64,000 nt of DNA, from NCBI GenBank assembly GCA_964106915.2, contig OZ066918.1. One strand, written 5' to 3'. Under the pieces are notes generated by a model. The model was not told the DNA's origin, searched no databases, and saw nothing but the letters and a program-made list of their open reading frames with translations. Source of the DNA: Podarcis gaigeae. Taxonomy: Eukaryota. A program made the translations under genes and the position numbers. Shown piece after piece: positions 37,215 through 52,362 of this stretch. How positions within the stretch are numbered: position 1 is the first letter of the stretch; every line of letters starts with the position of its first letter.

Positions 37215-38001
37215 GCCAACGTTTGATCCTGGGTGACCTCTCCTTTCCCATCCATTTTTCCTGCCAGTTTATTTTTGTTTTATTAAAAAAACAAACAACA
37301 AACCCATTTATTTCCCTTAAAAAAATATACCCACTCTGCCTGATTTTATGTCGCCTCCTTGCGCCACCTAATCCTTATACCAGTTACTAAATGAAACTCC
37401 CTCTGCAGCAATCCCACTTACATCCTACATCCACAAGCACTTATCAAAATGTTTCCCTCTTTTGTATGTTGCTGATTTTTGTAAATTGGCTTGGAAAGAT
37501 TTCATAATTATGTTGTCTTTCTGACTATTGGTCCTTGGCTTGATGTTGGCATTATTCATTCAAGGTGACTTTGCACCATTGTTCAGAGAGGTAGCATGAG
37601 GCCGATGGTTTCCATTTTTATCCCTTTGAGGGTCTATTTTAAGAACTTAAGTAGAATAGAGCATTTTTACAAGAATTTGCCAATGTTGCCTCTCCTGTTA
37701 AATAAAAAAACATGGTGGATCCAGCTGATTAATATGTGATTTTTAAACAGAAGTGTGTCTTCCTAGGTTTATTTTAAAAAATAATACAGAACTTCAGCAA
37801 GATTATGGTTTTTTTCAAAGTTAGTCATTGGGAAAAAAGTGTAATGATCCTCACCACTCATTTTACTTTTATTGTCCGCTTGGATATTGTAGGTCAGAAT
37901 TCCCCACTAAGCTCAATGGGATTACTTCTGAGGAAATGTGAGGAGAAGCTGTTCCCAATGCTAATTATTCTGAAAAATTTCAGGAGGAACAGTGATTATT
38001 G

Positions 38002-38034
<33 letters not shown>

Positions 38035-38368
38035 AAGCTTTATTGCACTAGCCAAAGGCCATGACAAAACAATACAAACACTGCCTGGAAAAGAAATATC
38101 TATATAACTATATAACTGTATAAAGAAGAGCCACTGCATGAAAATGGAAGACAAACACCTTGCTATTGTTTGAGGTTTTAATAATACAAAATACACATAC
38201 ATTTAAACATAAAATGCCAAAGCCAGCCAAAAAATAATAATAATAATCATGAAGAATGTTAAATGAAAAAGAAAATCAAGCTTTTGAAGTTAATTGTTAA
38301 TACATTACAGTTAATACATTACAGTATTTTGTTTTTATGAGACACTGACTTGAAATGGATAATCCTAA

Positions 38369-38509
<141 letters not shown>

Positions 38510-39837
38510 TAAGGCACATTGTTTTATATTTTAAGCCACTGGGGAAGAAAGAAGGACAAGAGGCAATGACACCACAATGCAGGAACGTCTTGAATTGATT
38601 TCTTTAAAAAAAGAAGAAGAAAAAGAAGAGGGGAGCTCTGCCATACCTACTGAAGTGATTAAAGGAAGCCAGAGCAAGCCCTGGCCATGTCAAACTGGCC
38701 CAGTTGAAAAAGCAATACCACTTAAAAACTTCTAGATTCACTGTTACAGCTTCTTCCACAGACTCAAGGCCAATTCAAACATGTGTGTTCACTCGTTCAC
38801 TTGATGACTTACTGCTGAATTAACTATCTCAAATGAAATGTGTTATGAGGCAATGTGAAAACTGTGTGATCTCATCTACAGGGGTTTGTTTGTAAAGGGT
38901 CATCACTTTACATTATAATCATCAAGTGAATGTGCATGTGTGAAGAGGGCCTGAGTAAAAGTGAAATCTAAAAGTGCCTTCTTCCTTCGCCCACTTTGGA
39001 GATGAGCAAATGTTGTATCAGAAAGATGTTGCAGCTGATTGTGTTGCAGGGTACTCAGTTTATGACACCCAGTGAAAAACAGACTGATCTAGTCCAAAGA
39101 AAAAGGAGAAAGTTCTTGACATTGAGCCACTTGCATACGGGCAAATTACTCCAATTGTACTTTTAACAAAGAAGCAAGTGGCTTTCTGATGACACCTGAA
39201 AGATAATTTGAAACACGTGCAGCTATGTGGAGAGCTTCAGAATTCCTTACCTCCTATGTCTCAAAATAAGATTTTTTTTTAAAAAAGGAAATGTTCTAGT
39301 GTTAACTTTTCAAGCCGTATTTTACTTGGTTTACTTTATCTGGGTTATAATAGCTTGTATCTGTATCTGGCCAGAGAACATGACAAGATTTTATTCTGTT
39401 TTCTTAATCATATCAAATTAACAGTACTTCAGTAAGATTTTCTAAAGATATTTTAAAGTTAAGCTAATAAAAAATGTGACAAAACCCCAAAGTATTCCAT
39501 TTCAGCTACTTCCTTAACTCTGTGAATTCTGTAGCAAAGCCATCCAAACAGCTAAAGCACACCTGCCACCAAGTTGCTTTGAAGTATCAGCTTCCTGGGA
39601 AGTCTTTCCCCAAAATTTGGATTCTCTAATCTTCTCCATTTAAAACTAGTAGCTTCTGATTATTTCAGAATACTATTTTTTTAAAAAGCTATCATTGTAT
39701 GCCATTGTACATAAAAACACTGGGACTATAACCTGAGTGCCTTTGAGTACATCATTGTCCTACTGAGTTTCTCCACCCATAAAATGGAGATTATCTGCAC
39801 TGACTAAAGTAATTCTAGTGGTTGATTTCACGAACAG

Positions 39838-39915
39838 GGACTTCGAGGTTTTAAAGGCGAGAAGGGTGAGCCGGGGTTACCAGGGCTGGACGGGCTGGAT
39901 GCCCCTTGCCCATTG
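39838..39915 (+). CDS. COL13A1: Collagen XIII penultimate coding exon, variant B: [26 protein letters not shown]
   Basis: cag|GGA...TTG|gtatgg, 78 bp of Gly-X-Y ending in the same GLDAPCPL motif. Confidence 0.9.
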
Positions 39916-40449
39916 GTATGGTGTTACCTTCCCTTTCCTGCATGTTTCAGTTTGCTTTTCCTTCCTTCCTTTATTGCAAGACCCTTTCCATATCCCCTCC
40001 CTTTCTCCCAAATGCTTGATGTCCATTGACACTCATAACAGCTTTTGGAGTGAGACCGGTTGCTACTACCATTTTCCTGCAATATATGAGGTTAAATATG
40101 CTGGTTTAAGGAACATAAAGCTGCTCGCTCGTATCTGCTTTACTTCTTCTTTAACTTTCATGATCTTACAAATATCTCACACCACATAAAAGAGCATCTA
40201 ATTCACATATATAAACTGTGACCCTTCCGCAGATCTTGCTATTCGCCACATCACCCTGCCTTCCCACTTCTGTCCTGCAACACACCTATTTCATATCCTC
40301 TATTTCAGAATTACAGGTTTCCCATGTATCATGGCAAAAGACTATGCATAGTTCTTTCATTTTTTAATTCTGAATTTGTAATTTGTTCAATTGTAATCTG
40401 TTCCTTGAAGATTTCAGGAGACAGGTTATTGACTGGGACCATAAGGTTT

Positions 40450-40685
40450 GGATATGTTACACTGATTCTGGCCCAAATGCACCAGCTACCAAATAATTTC
40501 CAGGCTCAGTTCAAAGTGCTGTTTTTGCCATTTAAAGAGAATCACCTCTCCAGATGAACCAGCCCATACCCTGCAGTCTTAATCAGAGGCTCTTCTCTGT
40601 ATGCGCCACCCAAGCAAGGTGCAGAAAGTTAGCCACACAATAATGGGTCTTTTCAGTGTTGCTCCCCCCCCCCCCCGTGGAATAT
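40450..40685 (+). mobile_element. Old L2-type LINE 3' fragment
   Basis: GATTCTGGCCCAAATGCACCAGCTACCAAATAATTTCCAGGCTCAGTTCAAAGTGCTG resembles the L2 ORF2 C-terminal ITP.L..LHWLP...R..FK region. Confidence 0.45.
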
Positions 40686-42189
40686 ACCACATTCATTACT
40701 GGTTACACACACAAGCACACACACTCCTACTCTGATACACTACATGGATACAAACACACATGCAAAATCTTGTGAAAAGTCAAACTGATGCCATATTCTT
40801 CTAACAAAGCAAGAAACCCAATGTTAAAATATGCTATCTGCTTCAAGCATGAAAAAAACCTTACTTTTTAACTTGTCACTCTGCTGCGATAGTTCCTGGA
40901 CTGCTCTGTATTCTAAGAGCATGTATGAAGTCCATGCTTTTCAAGTGTGATATGCCTAATTTCTGCTCTTTACTAATAAATATGCTTCCTTCTGCCTCTG
41001 CAAAACAAACACACTGTTATGACCACATCCTTCTGTTGATCCCCTCAATTGTAACTCCTGTTCCCTAACTTTGGATTTTACATGCATTACACAATTCATT
41101 CCTGCCAATGGGACCATTGTACCAATGGGAACTTCTTCATTCATTGTTAATGGCTCTTCAGTTATTGCATTTTGCAGTTGTATGTACCAGCGGAAAGATG
41201 TACTGTCAGGAGAGTGTCTGCATTAAGGATAATAGGTTTAGAAAACATGTGGTTATTTCAGTGTCAAATGATCATTAATTTATCATACTTCTTGCCACTA
41301 TATTTCAAGATTGCCATAATAAAAAAGGTATTATTTCTTATGAGAAATCTCTATTTAGAAAGCATATTAGTTGTCAGAGGAACAAACCAGTCATAATTCT
41401 GCTTGAAGTTTGATCAATCCACAAGTCTGACCAGCTCTTTGTTTTAATAGGTTTGTGTGTATGTATAAATGTATATGTATATATATATCAAACACACACG
41501 TTAAAATACTGGAATGACTAATGGGTAATCCAATTAGAAATCTGGGTGACAGGAATACAGCTTGCTGCACACACTTGACAGTATTAGGGGACACACTGGG
41601 ACTTTCCTTTAAACTGGCTCCCCTCATATATCCATGGCTTGGTAAGTATAGCCTTAGAAAATTATTCTATTTGTGCTTACAGATATTTTAAATAATACGT
41701 GCACACACATCCTGCAAAGCACTAAACAAAACATCAAAACATTGTAGTTTAAGGACTGGGTAAATGCTATGGCCCCACCATAGCCTACTGAGGAGAGGCT
41801 TTTGGAGGCTAAACCAGTCAGTAGTAGCTGTACATTTAGAAAGTAATTTATGAGCCACAGAAATCAGTGACAAAACTTCCATAGGTTTTAATGGATCTGG
41901 AATCCACACTTATTGGACAGTAAACTGATTGTATGGAAAGGTCCAACATGAATTTGGTTGCAAGATTCTGATTTGGAACATGTGGGCCTTCTATTATATG
42001 CGGAGGCAGCCCTCTTGTACCAAACATGTTTATTCAATCTATGGCTAAGCAAGGTGTATTACATTGGGATATCTCATCTAAACAGATTTTAAATTTTGAA
42101 TATTTTCTGCTGCTATATTATTTATTTCCTCTCCTGATTTATTTTAGTCTTTTGCTGTTTTGAACTCCTTAAATCATTCTTTGTTATAG

Positions 42190-42228
42190 GGGGAAGATGG
42201 CTTGCCAGTTCAAGGATGCTGGAATAAG
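42190..42228 (+). CDS. COL13A1: Collagen XIII last coding exon GEDGLPVQGCWNK (NC4)
   Basis: tag|GGG...AAG|gtaatg, 39 bp; diagnostic COL13A1 C-terminus. Confidence 0.97.
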
Positions 42229-43889
42229 GTAATGGCATGATTGTGATATGTGCTGCTTCTGCATGGTGTAACTATAACAGAAAAGCATGAAGGGTTGGCC
42301 ATAGCACACTTCTGTACCAATTCAAAAACATCTATATTATAGGTACTATGTTATTGTTCAAACATATGCAAATAAGATGAATACATGGGTAATGTATCTT
42401 TTATAACTCAGACCAAACCAAACACATTAGCAATTCACCATGCTGTATGCCACCCAGAGTGGGGTATACATAATATAATCATAATCATATCAAAAGCCTA
42501 AAATTATAAACTGTATGCCAATATTTTAAGTAGATATGACGCTAAACACATCATTAGCAAACATCTCTGTATGCAGTCTCTCTTTTAATGCAGAGCAGGC
42601 ACATGAGGGTAGTGCTGCAAAGAGAACTTTCCTTCTGGGGTCAAAAACAGCTGGAAGGGATTATCTTTTGGGGGGCATGATAGAGGAAAGAGTTAAACCT
42701 TCTATCACCATGTACTTCGGTCCTGACAAAAATCACCCCAAGTTCGCTATTCTTTTTCTTTTAATCCACATACCTGCTTACTAATGATGTGTTTGATGAC
42801 ATATATAGTTTGGTCCTTAGAAGTCAGAATTTGACATTCATGAGAATGTTAGACTTATTTAACACCTCACTTCTGTTATTCAAACAGAGACTTTCATAAT
42901 TAAACATCCAAAACACCCAAAACTTTTAAAATTAGTATTTAAACCACTTGGTTTAAATCTGTAATTTGTACAGAGGTTACATATCTATTGGACTCTCTGT
43001 GTAAAAGTATTTGTGAACCTTTATGCATTCAAAAGTATGCTATATGTCTGAATCCAGCATTAAGATGCCCTGGTGCATCCATTGTAATAAAGTATCTCTC
43101 CATAAAGTTCATGCTGTGATTAACCTCTCACAAGATGTCTCGTACAGTATGATTACATTTTACATGCATTTAACTTGTGTAGTTTCAACCCTAAGAGGTT
43201 GAAGGCCAGCTGGTTGAAATTCCACAAGTTAAATGCAAGCAAGGCAGAGAGCTTAGCAGCCTTTTTGTGCCAAGTTTTCCCAGTGCAAAAAGAGCTTTTA
43301 AGTTCTCTGCCTTTCTTGTGTGGGCCATGCCCTCTCAGCACACCAGTGCTGGAATGCTCTTGCAAGATCTCACAGGGCTGTCCAAGTTCCTGTGAGATGT
43401 CGTGTGAGCATCCCTAACCTTCCAGAGCTAGCATGCTGAGTGGGCCTTGCCCAGCAAGCAAAGCAGAAAGCTTAAAAGCTCTGCAGATCATAAGACTGCC
43501 ACTGATTAAAGTGGAATTCCAGTGAAGCATTTTGAACACCAAAGTGCAGACTGTGAATATAGAGGGAATAGGACCAAATGGGTTACAAATTTCTCCTAGT
43601 CAATTACTGAAGAATGCAAAATGAACAGGTGATTTCCCCAGGACTTCAGTTCCTAAGAAAAATGCCTGTCAACAAAGCTAGACATTTTCATACTGATGAA
43701 ACATGCAAAATCTCTCTCTTTTACATCAATAGGACTTCAACATGCTTAGCTTTGATTACATGCTTAGATTATTTCCCTTGGATCATACTCACATAACAGT
43801 ATACCTTCACAGCACTTCTTCTCAACAGAAAATCCCTTTCAAAATTATTATGTGTGATATTAACATAGTTTTATATTTTTCTTTTGCAG

Positions 43890-44340
43890 TGAAGATTCTA
43901 ACCATGGACTGGCCTGTGTGTGTATGTGTGTTTGTGCATAGAATATTTATTTTTATACAGTGTTCTTTTTGGAAGTGCCAAAAGATAATGCATTTTTCAA
44001 ATTATAAAGAGCTGCATATTTTTGTACAGAAAATGCTACTTTTCTCCTTTTTATCTGATTGTCAGTCATTTGTATCATTATATGTATATTGATACTATGC
44101 TACTTGCATTGTGGAATACAGCTGCAATATTTGCATGATATTTGTGCACTCATACTAAGTGATACAGCTAAATAAGTTATTGCATTAAGGTGCCAGGAAG
44201 AATCACTCTATTTACATAGGAAGACCAACAAAGCCATTTGACAATGAATGCAAGAACAACTTAAAATACTATGGACTTTCATTATTAAAATGAAATGAAA
44301 TTAACATTTGTAAAATAAATCATATATATATATATAATGG
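43890..44340 (+). other. COL13A1: COL13A1 terminal exon: stop codon TGA (43890-43892) plus proximal 3' UTR
   Basis: cttttgcag|TGA, followed by AU-rich UTR sequence; ATTAAA at 44284 and AATAAA at 44314. Confidence 0.85.
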
Positions 44341-44972
44341 TATTTCATGGGGAAATGTAAGCCAACAAAGTGAGAAACAACAGGGACCACCTGTGTTCAA
44401 GCCTATTGCCAGCAGAGGGCACCGATGAAATAACTAGGAGAGAATTTGTGGATAACAAAACATGCACATACATAAACACTGATCTTCTAGAATCAGTTAA
44501 AGCTAAGGTTAACATTTCAGTGAGGAAGTCATTGGTGGGAACAGCAGGCTTCCGATACACAACTAAGTGCACAATCTTATACACCCTTACAATAAGGAAG
44601 TTGGTCCCACTGAACTCAGTAGAAACTTCTAATAACCCTTTTCAGTTCTTGGATGTCTTTTAAAATTTGCTGCCTCTCTTCCCATGCATTGCTGCTCTTC
44701 AAATATTTCATTCTAAGGAGCATCAAATGTTATTGCACTAAGATGCATTTATTCAGCATTTCCCTGTTTGCCCCTGCACCCTGCAAGATCTCACAACCCA
44801 AACAACGGCTGTTTTCCTCTGGTTTTAACACATGTTGCTTCTTGTCCTCACTTCAGTGCCAAACTAAAGGTAATGCAAGAGACTAAAATAATTAATTGTG
44901 GCCACTATCAATTAAAACACATGAACCCAAGAGGCCCAGAGTGGTGGTCCTGACCCCAGAAGACCCCAAGCT

Positions 44973-44977
<5 letters not shown>

Positions 44978-45022
<45 letters not shown>
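44978..45022. repeat. (CA)n microsatellite
   Basis: Directly visible. Confidence 0.95.
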
Positions 45023-45023
<1 letters not shown>

Positions 45024-45544
45024 GCAATCCATGATAAGGATCTCAAGGTCACATTTAGTTGTGCCCTCAGATCAGTGAACAGTCAGTTAAGTTTCCCTTG
45101 ACATTATTAACATATGATAGATTCTTAACTAAATATATGCTGACCACTTCACACAGAGGAAAGAGCAGCTTTCTGGTCAATCCACTGAAACCAGGACAAA
45201 CCCACAGCAGGATATGCTTTGGCTTGGTAGGTCATGAGGTGTGTGTGCCTCAGCTGAACATTTCCAATTATTTTCTCATTTCCCCATGTGACTTGTCATT
45301 CTTCTCATATCCTTCTAAATCTCTTCTGGCTTCTCAGCATTTTCTTGAACTTTAGTATGGAAAACATAGTACTACAAGTGAAGGCTTAGCCTTGTGTAGA
45401 TTACTGCTATGTATTTCTCTTAGTCTTGGAAGCAGTACTAGCTATGTATACTATTGACACAGACCAGTATTTTAAAAGATGTCACTCAGTTCATGCACCA
45501 TGCAAATTCCCCATCATGACTACCACCAATATCCACACTAATGA

Positions 45545-45748
45545 CAGATCCGCAACATACATTTAAAGCATACCCATCACACATTGAAAGAACATTACTT
45601 TCTCCAAAGAATCCTGGGAACTGTAGTTTAAAAAAGACAGAACTGTAGCACTGTGAAGTGGGAAACTACAGATCCTGGGATTTTGGGGGCGAGTTGTGTG
45701 CTTTAAATGTGTTGGATGGTCTTTAAATATATGGTGTATATCTGCCCC
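45545..45748. mobile_element. Degenerate palindromic MITE (Harbinger-like)
   Basis: CATTTAAAGCA...CCTGGGAACTGTAGTTT is mirrored by AAACTACAGATCCTGGGATT...TGCTTTAAATG; related copies near 20790-20900 and 59270-59398. Confidence 0.55.
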
Positions 45749-48700
45749 AACTCTGCAGCTGACAATTCAAAATGTGCACTGCATCCCCATGATGCACCCC
45801 AAACGAATAGTTATGAAACCCAACTCAGATTTAGTTCACTATCAGGGCACAACAGGAAACTAGACTGTTCCTGGTTTACAATGTCACTATTCTGAGTAGA
45901 GCAAAGGATTGTGCAACATACTAGCTGCAATCCACTCACATTATTTCAGGGAGGTGTGATAGACTCCCATCATTTTCAGAAAAGGGATGGCACAGGTGCA
46001 AAACCCAAAATAGCTAAGTGAAAAATACTTGCTGCTAAGGATTATAAACATTTATGTTTAAGTGGAGCCCAGTGGAACACAGATAAAATTAGATTTGAGA
46101 TTTTGCATAGTTTTAAGTACATGAGAGCAGCACTTTTACTAATATCTGAAAGGACATTTCTATATGAAATAATATATCTGTCACTTAAAGGGTCAAACTC
46201 CTTGGCTGATAGCCAAATAATGAAACCAGTAAGAGAGTGGAGATATTTGTGGAAGGCCTACAGTGGTGACAGAAGAACATCCTGCTTGAAGGTTTGCTGA
46301 AGCTATTGAATGAGTTGCCTCCAAGGAGCACGAAGTATTCTTGAGCCACGCGCACCAGAGCTTTGTTCCTGAACAGTGGACCTGGTGAGGCTGCAGAAGA
46401 TGGACACCCCAGTGGTTTTTGCTCTCTCCTTCCAGAGGTTGGCACCAGTGCCAGATGTGAGAGAAACTGGCTTCTGTTTCATCATTTTTCATTCAATTCA
46501 GTCTGTTTTGATAATAGGAGCCTTCGTCCAAAAATCTTGACATGTCATGCAGCAGCTGATGTGAAGAACATTAGGACATAAGACAACTTTCTGTGGTTGT
46601 TGCTTTTTTCAGAAGAGGGGCTATTTTTCTCATATTTCTAAGCAATAAACTTGAATATTGATTCTGAAAAGCAGCTCAGTGAAGATACAGCAACACTTCG
46701 CCATCTTTCCTGGTTGCCCAGTGACAAACATTCATTTACTCACGTGATGATTCCATCGTTAACCTTTTCATGGCTTCTCTTCAAAAGCTACCGTTTATTT
46801 TTCTGCAAGAAAGTTATTATCCTTTTGGTGTACTAGAAGTTAATTTTAAATTTGATAAATGTTTGATTTCTTTTCTACATAATTTTAGTTCTACTCATTT
46901 TCAGACATTTTTCATACTAGAAACATATTTGTCATGAAGTATTTGCTGCCATGATAAAACTGCTCAATTCTCTAGGTTCCCTTTTCAGTGGAACTATCCC
47001 AGTGCTAAAAACATAAGGGCACCACTTTAACAGACTGTACAAGTTTATGGGACAAAAGATTAGGGGGGGGGGGGAATATAACTTTCCAATAATGTGCTGA
47101 CATTTTTAATGACAACTTCGCCCCTTTTGAATTTTGATAGTTTTGTAATATCATCTGATTTATTTAAGAAGTCTCAAGTGGATGCAATGTAGTCCCAGTA
47201 ACTTACTGTTTTGTCAACTAGGTTTAAAACTTCTACTGATTCCTGTAGTCCATGTGTATTATTGTTAATTTGTTTTAAGTGTAGGTATCTCTGGGATGTC
47301 TTCTATTGTGAAGACTTGTGCAAAAAACGCATTTAGTTCATCTGTAATTTACTTGATGGTTTTTTTTCCTTTTCTGAATGCTCCCCCAGGGCTCTAGCAC
47401 AGTTAAACTGCCCCAACAGCTCCTTGCATACAACACTTTTGCATACATTTGGGCTCCCTTATCCCTTTTACAGGAGGCAATTCTGTGTATACATCTGTTT
47501 ACACATGCAGATCTGCATCCTACATTGCTGAAAATGGATTCATGCAGAAATAGCATATTCACATTGGAATGCCCACAAAGCTCTAGATGAGAACTGTCAG
47601 TAAACACTCAAATAGCAATAACCCATAAATTCTTAAGGAAACACACATGATTGCTGATTGTTGGATGCTAATTTCACCAGGACAGAATTCGTGGAATGAG
47701 GCTCCCCCCACCTTCCCTCTAGTCCCCTGAAAGTCTGTTAGTAGTGACTGGGATACTTTGGGGATATGTTATGGGGGCCTGCAAATTAAAACCCCTCACT
47801 TCTGATTAGAACAGCAATCTGGGATCTAAACCTTTATGTTTCATTGATTGCTTATAAATCATAGTTTAGTGCAGAGCCTGAACTATTCAGTAAGAAAATA
47901 GAAGGATTTCACAATACTGAGAACAAACAGTATAAACTGGTTACTGGAAACCTTAATTGCCACTGGGTACTATTTCATCACTAAATGATTTCTGCCACAG
48001 CTTTAACTGCAGAAAAACCAGAAATGGGCAAGTCAAAAGTGATACAGGGTAGTCGTTCATGAGACTTGCGCTTAAGTTCTTATAATTATACCACACTGGG
48101 CACAGTTAAGTGCACCATTATGAACCAATGCCACTGAAATCAATGGGGCATAAGCATGGATCTATGTTGCAGTGTACCCATAATTTAGATGTCCTGCTAG
48201 GTTTCAAGGATTGTTCCCATCCCAACCTCCACATATACAATCTGGTCAGCAAAGAGGTGTTCACTGCGATGTTGGAGGTGGCTCCATATAGACAATGGGG
48301 ATGCATACAGAGGACTGCCCAGCAATGAGGAGAAAGCCCTCTGCACTTACGAATTCTTTATGTATGCACCTGCAAAATTTTGGATTGGACTGAATGTTCT
48401 TCAGATCAGGGAGAGAGTGCTCACAAAGAACAAGAAGAAATTGAATGTTACTTCAAAACATTTTTGATATAAGACTTATTCAGTGTAAGTATTAACAGGG
48501 ACTGCTATTTTTGCATATCAGGTTTGTTGCAGAAGTTCGTTTTGTTGAGGTAAGAATGTGTCCAACTGCAGGGCGGTGTGCCTTTGTACTTTAATATATT
48601 CATTTTTTAATATTACATTTCCTTTTTTATTTTGTTATATATTCTGTAGCTGTATTTTGATATGGAAAGCAGGAAAATTTTAAGTTCCTAAATCATTTGT

Positions 48701-51700
48701 TGTTAGGGATGATGTTTTCTTGCCTTCTAAGTACACTATCTTATTGGTGCTTTTTTGCTGATGGGCAGATGTTCAGCTCGGAAGTTTTCTTTTTTCCACA
48801 GACTACCCTGGGGACCAAACAACTGTGGACTCCCTAAATACAGGCCCCCAATCAAGCTCTAGCAACTCAGTTATGTTTGGCTAACAACACCAGGAAGAGG
48901 ACAGGGATTCACATTCCAGTGAATGTGCATCTAACTGTGCACCCCCATCATTCTGGCGCATTAGCTATGTATAATTATGCACCACTTGAGCTGGATTGAG
49001 GGATCAAAATGGTCTCTTTCAATAACAGTAACAATTTACACAAAATGTAGGGACCAGGAAGGGCAAAGAAATGGTCTCTTTTGATGACAGGTGGTCTCTC
49101 TAAACGAAAACAGACTCAAACATGTCTGTTCTGTTTGAAGCGATTGTGAAAATGAAACTAACCTCTATACTGCCAATTTTGTTATCCAATAAGACACCTT
49201 CCTGTGCTTTAACTTTCAATATCCAAATTGTCCTAAGTAAACAACTCCTTGCTCAGAGACACAGTATAGCTCTGGACATGAAGAGCCTGAGGAATGAGCA
49301 AGAGAGGACTGCCATCACCTTCACACTCTCCTTGTAAGCTTCCTCTATTGAAAACAGAATGCTGGACAAAATGGATCTTGCATGATCCCCAATATATTTA
49401 TGAATTAATTGAGCACTTAAACGCTAAGTTCATTACGCAGTCTGTATAATCTTCGGGCATTTGGGTTGCTTGCATATTTGTTAGCTCTCAATGGTTTTAT
49501 ATCTAAATAACTAAATACCAGCTTTGCTTTATAAATGATGTATGGAGAAGGAATTATACTTTTTACATGCATTAATCTTAGGTTTTATTGTTGCTATTAT
49601 TTTTGACTAGTTACTATATTATTTTGAGATTTCAGACAGTAATGGGAAGTATAAGGGTCTGATGGTAAATCAATTAGCTACCTTTTCCTATTAATACATT
49701 GCTCCTGGTGAGTGCCAACTTCCATTTAGAGAAAATTCCGTATGTCTCCGCATCCCAATACACTTCAACACCTTACTTCTACATCTTTCATATCCTTTCA
49801 ATCAGTGCCACTAATTCTAGTGACTCTTGCAAATGAGTGCATATCCTCCTCATGCAACAAATATATTTTCATAAAATATATTTAAACTCCTATTTAATGT
49901 ATCTACCAAATTTTCTCCAATATATGTAATCAAAAATTTCTAATCTTCATTCTACATGTTCTTCCAAAACTAGAAATCAGTGCATGCCAAACAGCAAAAA
50001 AGATATTGAAAGTGAAATTAATTCTAAATATGTTCTAGCAGCTATGCAAACTTTTGTATGAGCATGAGAACTCGTAGAAAAGCCTATCTACAATAGCTCT
50101 GTGCACTGTTGTGCAAACATTTTTGGAATGCTAGCAGCATTTTTCTTCCCCTTCAGTTAATTATGGGATCCAGCACCACAATGTCTAAAGATGCATGTCC
50201 AAAAATCATGTTTTGCATGCAAAGGAATTGATTTTTTTGAAGAATTTCCTGTGAGTAGACCCATGCAAATATTTCCAAGGACCCATCATATCTTACTCAT
50301 GTGACTTATTGAAAGATGACAAATTAGTTTTATTTGTCTTCTGTGTGCATTTACCAACAACAAAAAAACGAATTCAAAGTGTTAATTTAGGACAGACCCT
50401 ACAGGAATTATTTCCAAATCCAGGTTAAGGTAGATTATAAATTCTAGGAACCTTCATAAATAGCAGGTAAAGATATTAAAATCAGGGCAGACAGAAACCT
50501 GCCATTTAAGATTTTTTTGTGTGGTATCCTACCTCACAATAATCAATGGGACTCTTGTAATAGCTTTAAAGTCATCATTTCATTCTAGATATTTAAGCTT
50601 TCAGAATTTGTTAAAAAAATTATATGAGTAGCTAATCTTTTGAATTAATATTTGGTTTTATTTTTTTTAAAAAAAAGACTTTCGTTATGGAGCCAGTTTT
50701 TGCAGGAAACTGATTTGCAGAAACAATTTGTTGTTGTTTCTGGTTTTGTCAATTTACATGACAAAATATGCTTTTTATCTGGTTTTATTTGATGTACAAA
50801 TATTTAAAATTTTATTAAACTGGAATATATTGCATTGTTGGGGCATTGTTTCTACATTCTCCTACATAGGCTTCAACTGATTTGAGATAGACATCTTTGT
50901 ATCTACATAGGTTGCAATGAAATTTTCAGTTTGTTAAATCACTGCTTGGCATGCCAACTAAATATTGTAGGGTAATATTTAATAAGCTTTGTGAGAAAGC
51001 AACTTCAAACTCTTTTTACTTCAAACAGATAAAGGTATTTAACTGTAAATTAACTGCAGCCAAGTGTATATGCCCACTTTAAAAAAAAGTATTTCAAGCT
51101 TCTGCTGAATACTGATTTAAACGTTTAGGGTTATATCCAACAAGTCATACACAGAGTAGAACTACGGAAATCAATGGGTAAATGCAGTTTTATTTTCAAC
51201 ATTCCCAACAAAATTACTTTTTGGAGAAATGGAATCAAGCATACACCTCATCATTATACTGTAACAAAATGTAAGGAGAAGATGCTCAGATCTTTATAAA
51301 GTAGCAGGAAAAAAAATGTTCACTTTTTATGTAAAAATATACTAAATCAGGATACATACACATTCGTGGCTTGAAAAGCAGTGACATGGTTTTCTTCGCA
51401 ACATTTCCAAATCACATTTTTATGTTGCTGTACACACAGGAGAGGAAGCAGGGGTGTCTTCAACCAATATGCATTACCTGCTACTCCCCACCCATTCCAA
51501 TTCAATGAAACTTTCATCTGCACATGGGCCAGCCCGCCCATGAGGACTGGTGAAGCAGTCAACTCACATGGCAGATCCAGCCTCTGAGGAGCATGTCACC
51601 CACCGCTTCCTGTGCTTGTCGGCCGCAGCCTCCTCTGCTCACAGGCTGTTCCTCTCTGGCTTTCTTTTACTCCCCACCACCACCTTCAGCATGCTGGGCC

Positions 51701-52356
51701 TTTTCCAGACCACCTCCAGTTGCCTCAGGTGGCTGCTGAAAAGTGGTGGCAGGGGGCGCTGCAGAGGAAGCAGCAGCCCTTTCTATTTTGTCTCTCTCAT
51801 GCGGCAAAAACGTCCTAGGCTGGCCCAGACAATGGCTATCGGAAATGAACACACCTCAGATTAACTGCTGCTTACGTTTTCAAGTCAGATGGAAGCTGGT
51901 TTGAGGGGAAACACATCAAACACCAGTAATTCCCAAGAAGCTGGAGGATAGATAGGGATTGTGGTTAGCACCACGTGTCCATGGTTTCAAACCATCAGTG
52001 CTGGGAGCACACTGAGCTGAAGTAAACAGCAATACGCACATAGCCTCAAGTATAATAGCTTTCTTAGGCAAAGTAGATTATAAGCAACATTGAGGATATA
52101 CGCTCAAATGCCATAACTAGTTCTCCATTCTTTATCATGCACTGTGGGGCAACAATTTGATCCTACTCCAGGAAAACTACAAACATTCACTGTGCTAACA
52201 TTTACTTATCTTGTATTATTTCTGTAGTGGGGTTATTGTTTGGAAAACGTAAGTTTATGCAATTCTGTACTGTTGGTTTATTGTATATGATGTAAATATT
52301 TATCTTTTTAAAATGGCAAATGTTTACGATTTATTATTTCATGCAGCCGATTTAAA

Positions 52357-52362
52357 AATAAA
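52357..52362 (+). terminator. Candidate distal polyadenylation signal
   Basis: AATAAA preceded by U-rich/TGTA elements and followed by a GU-rich tract (GTATATTGTGTGTGTGTCTG) and poly-T. Confidence 0.5.
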
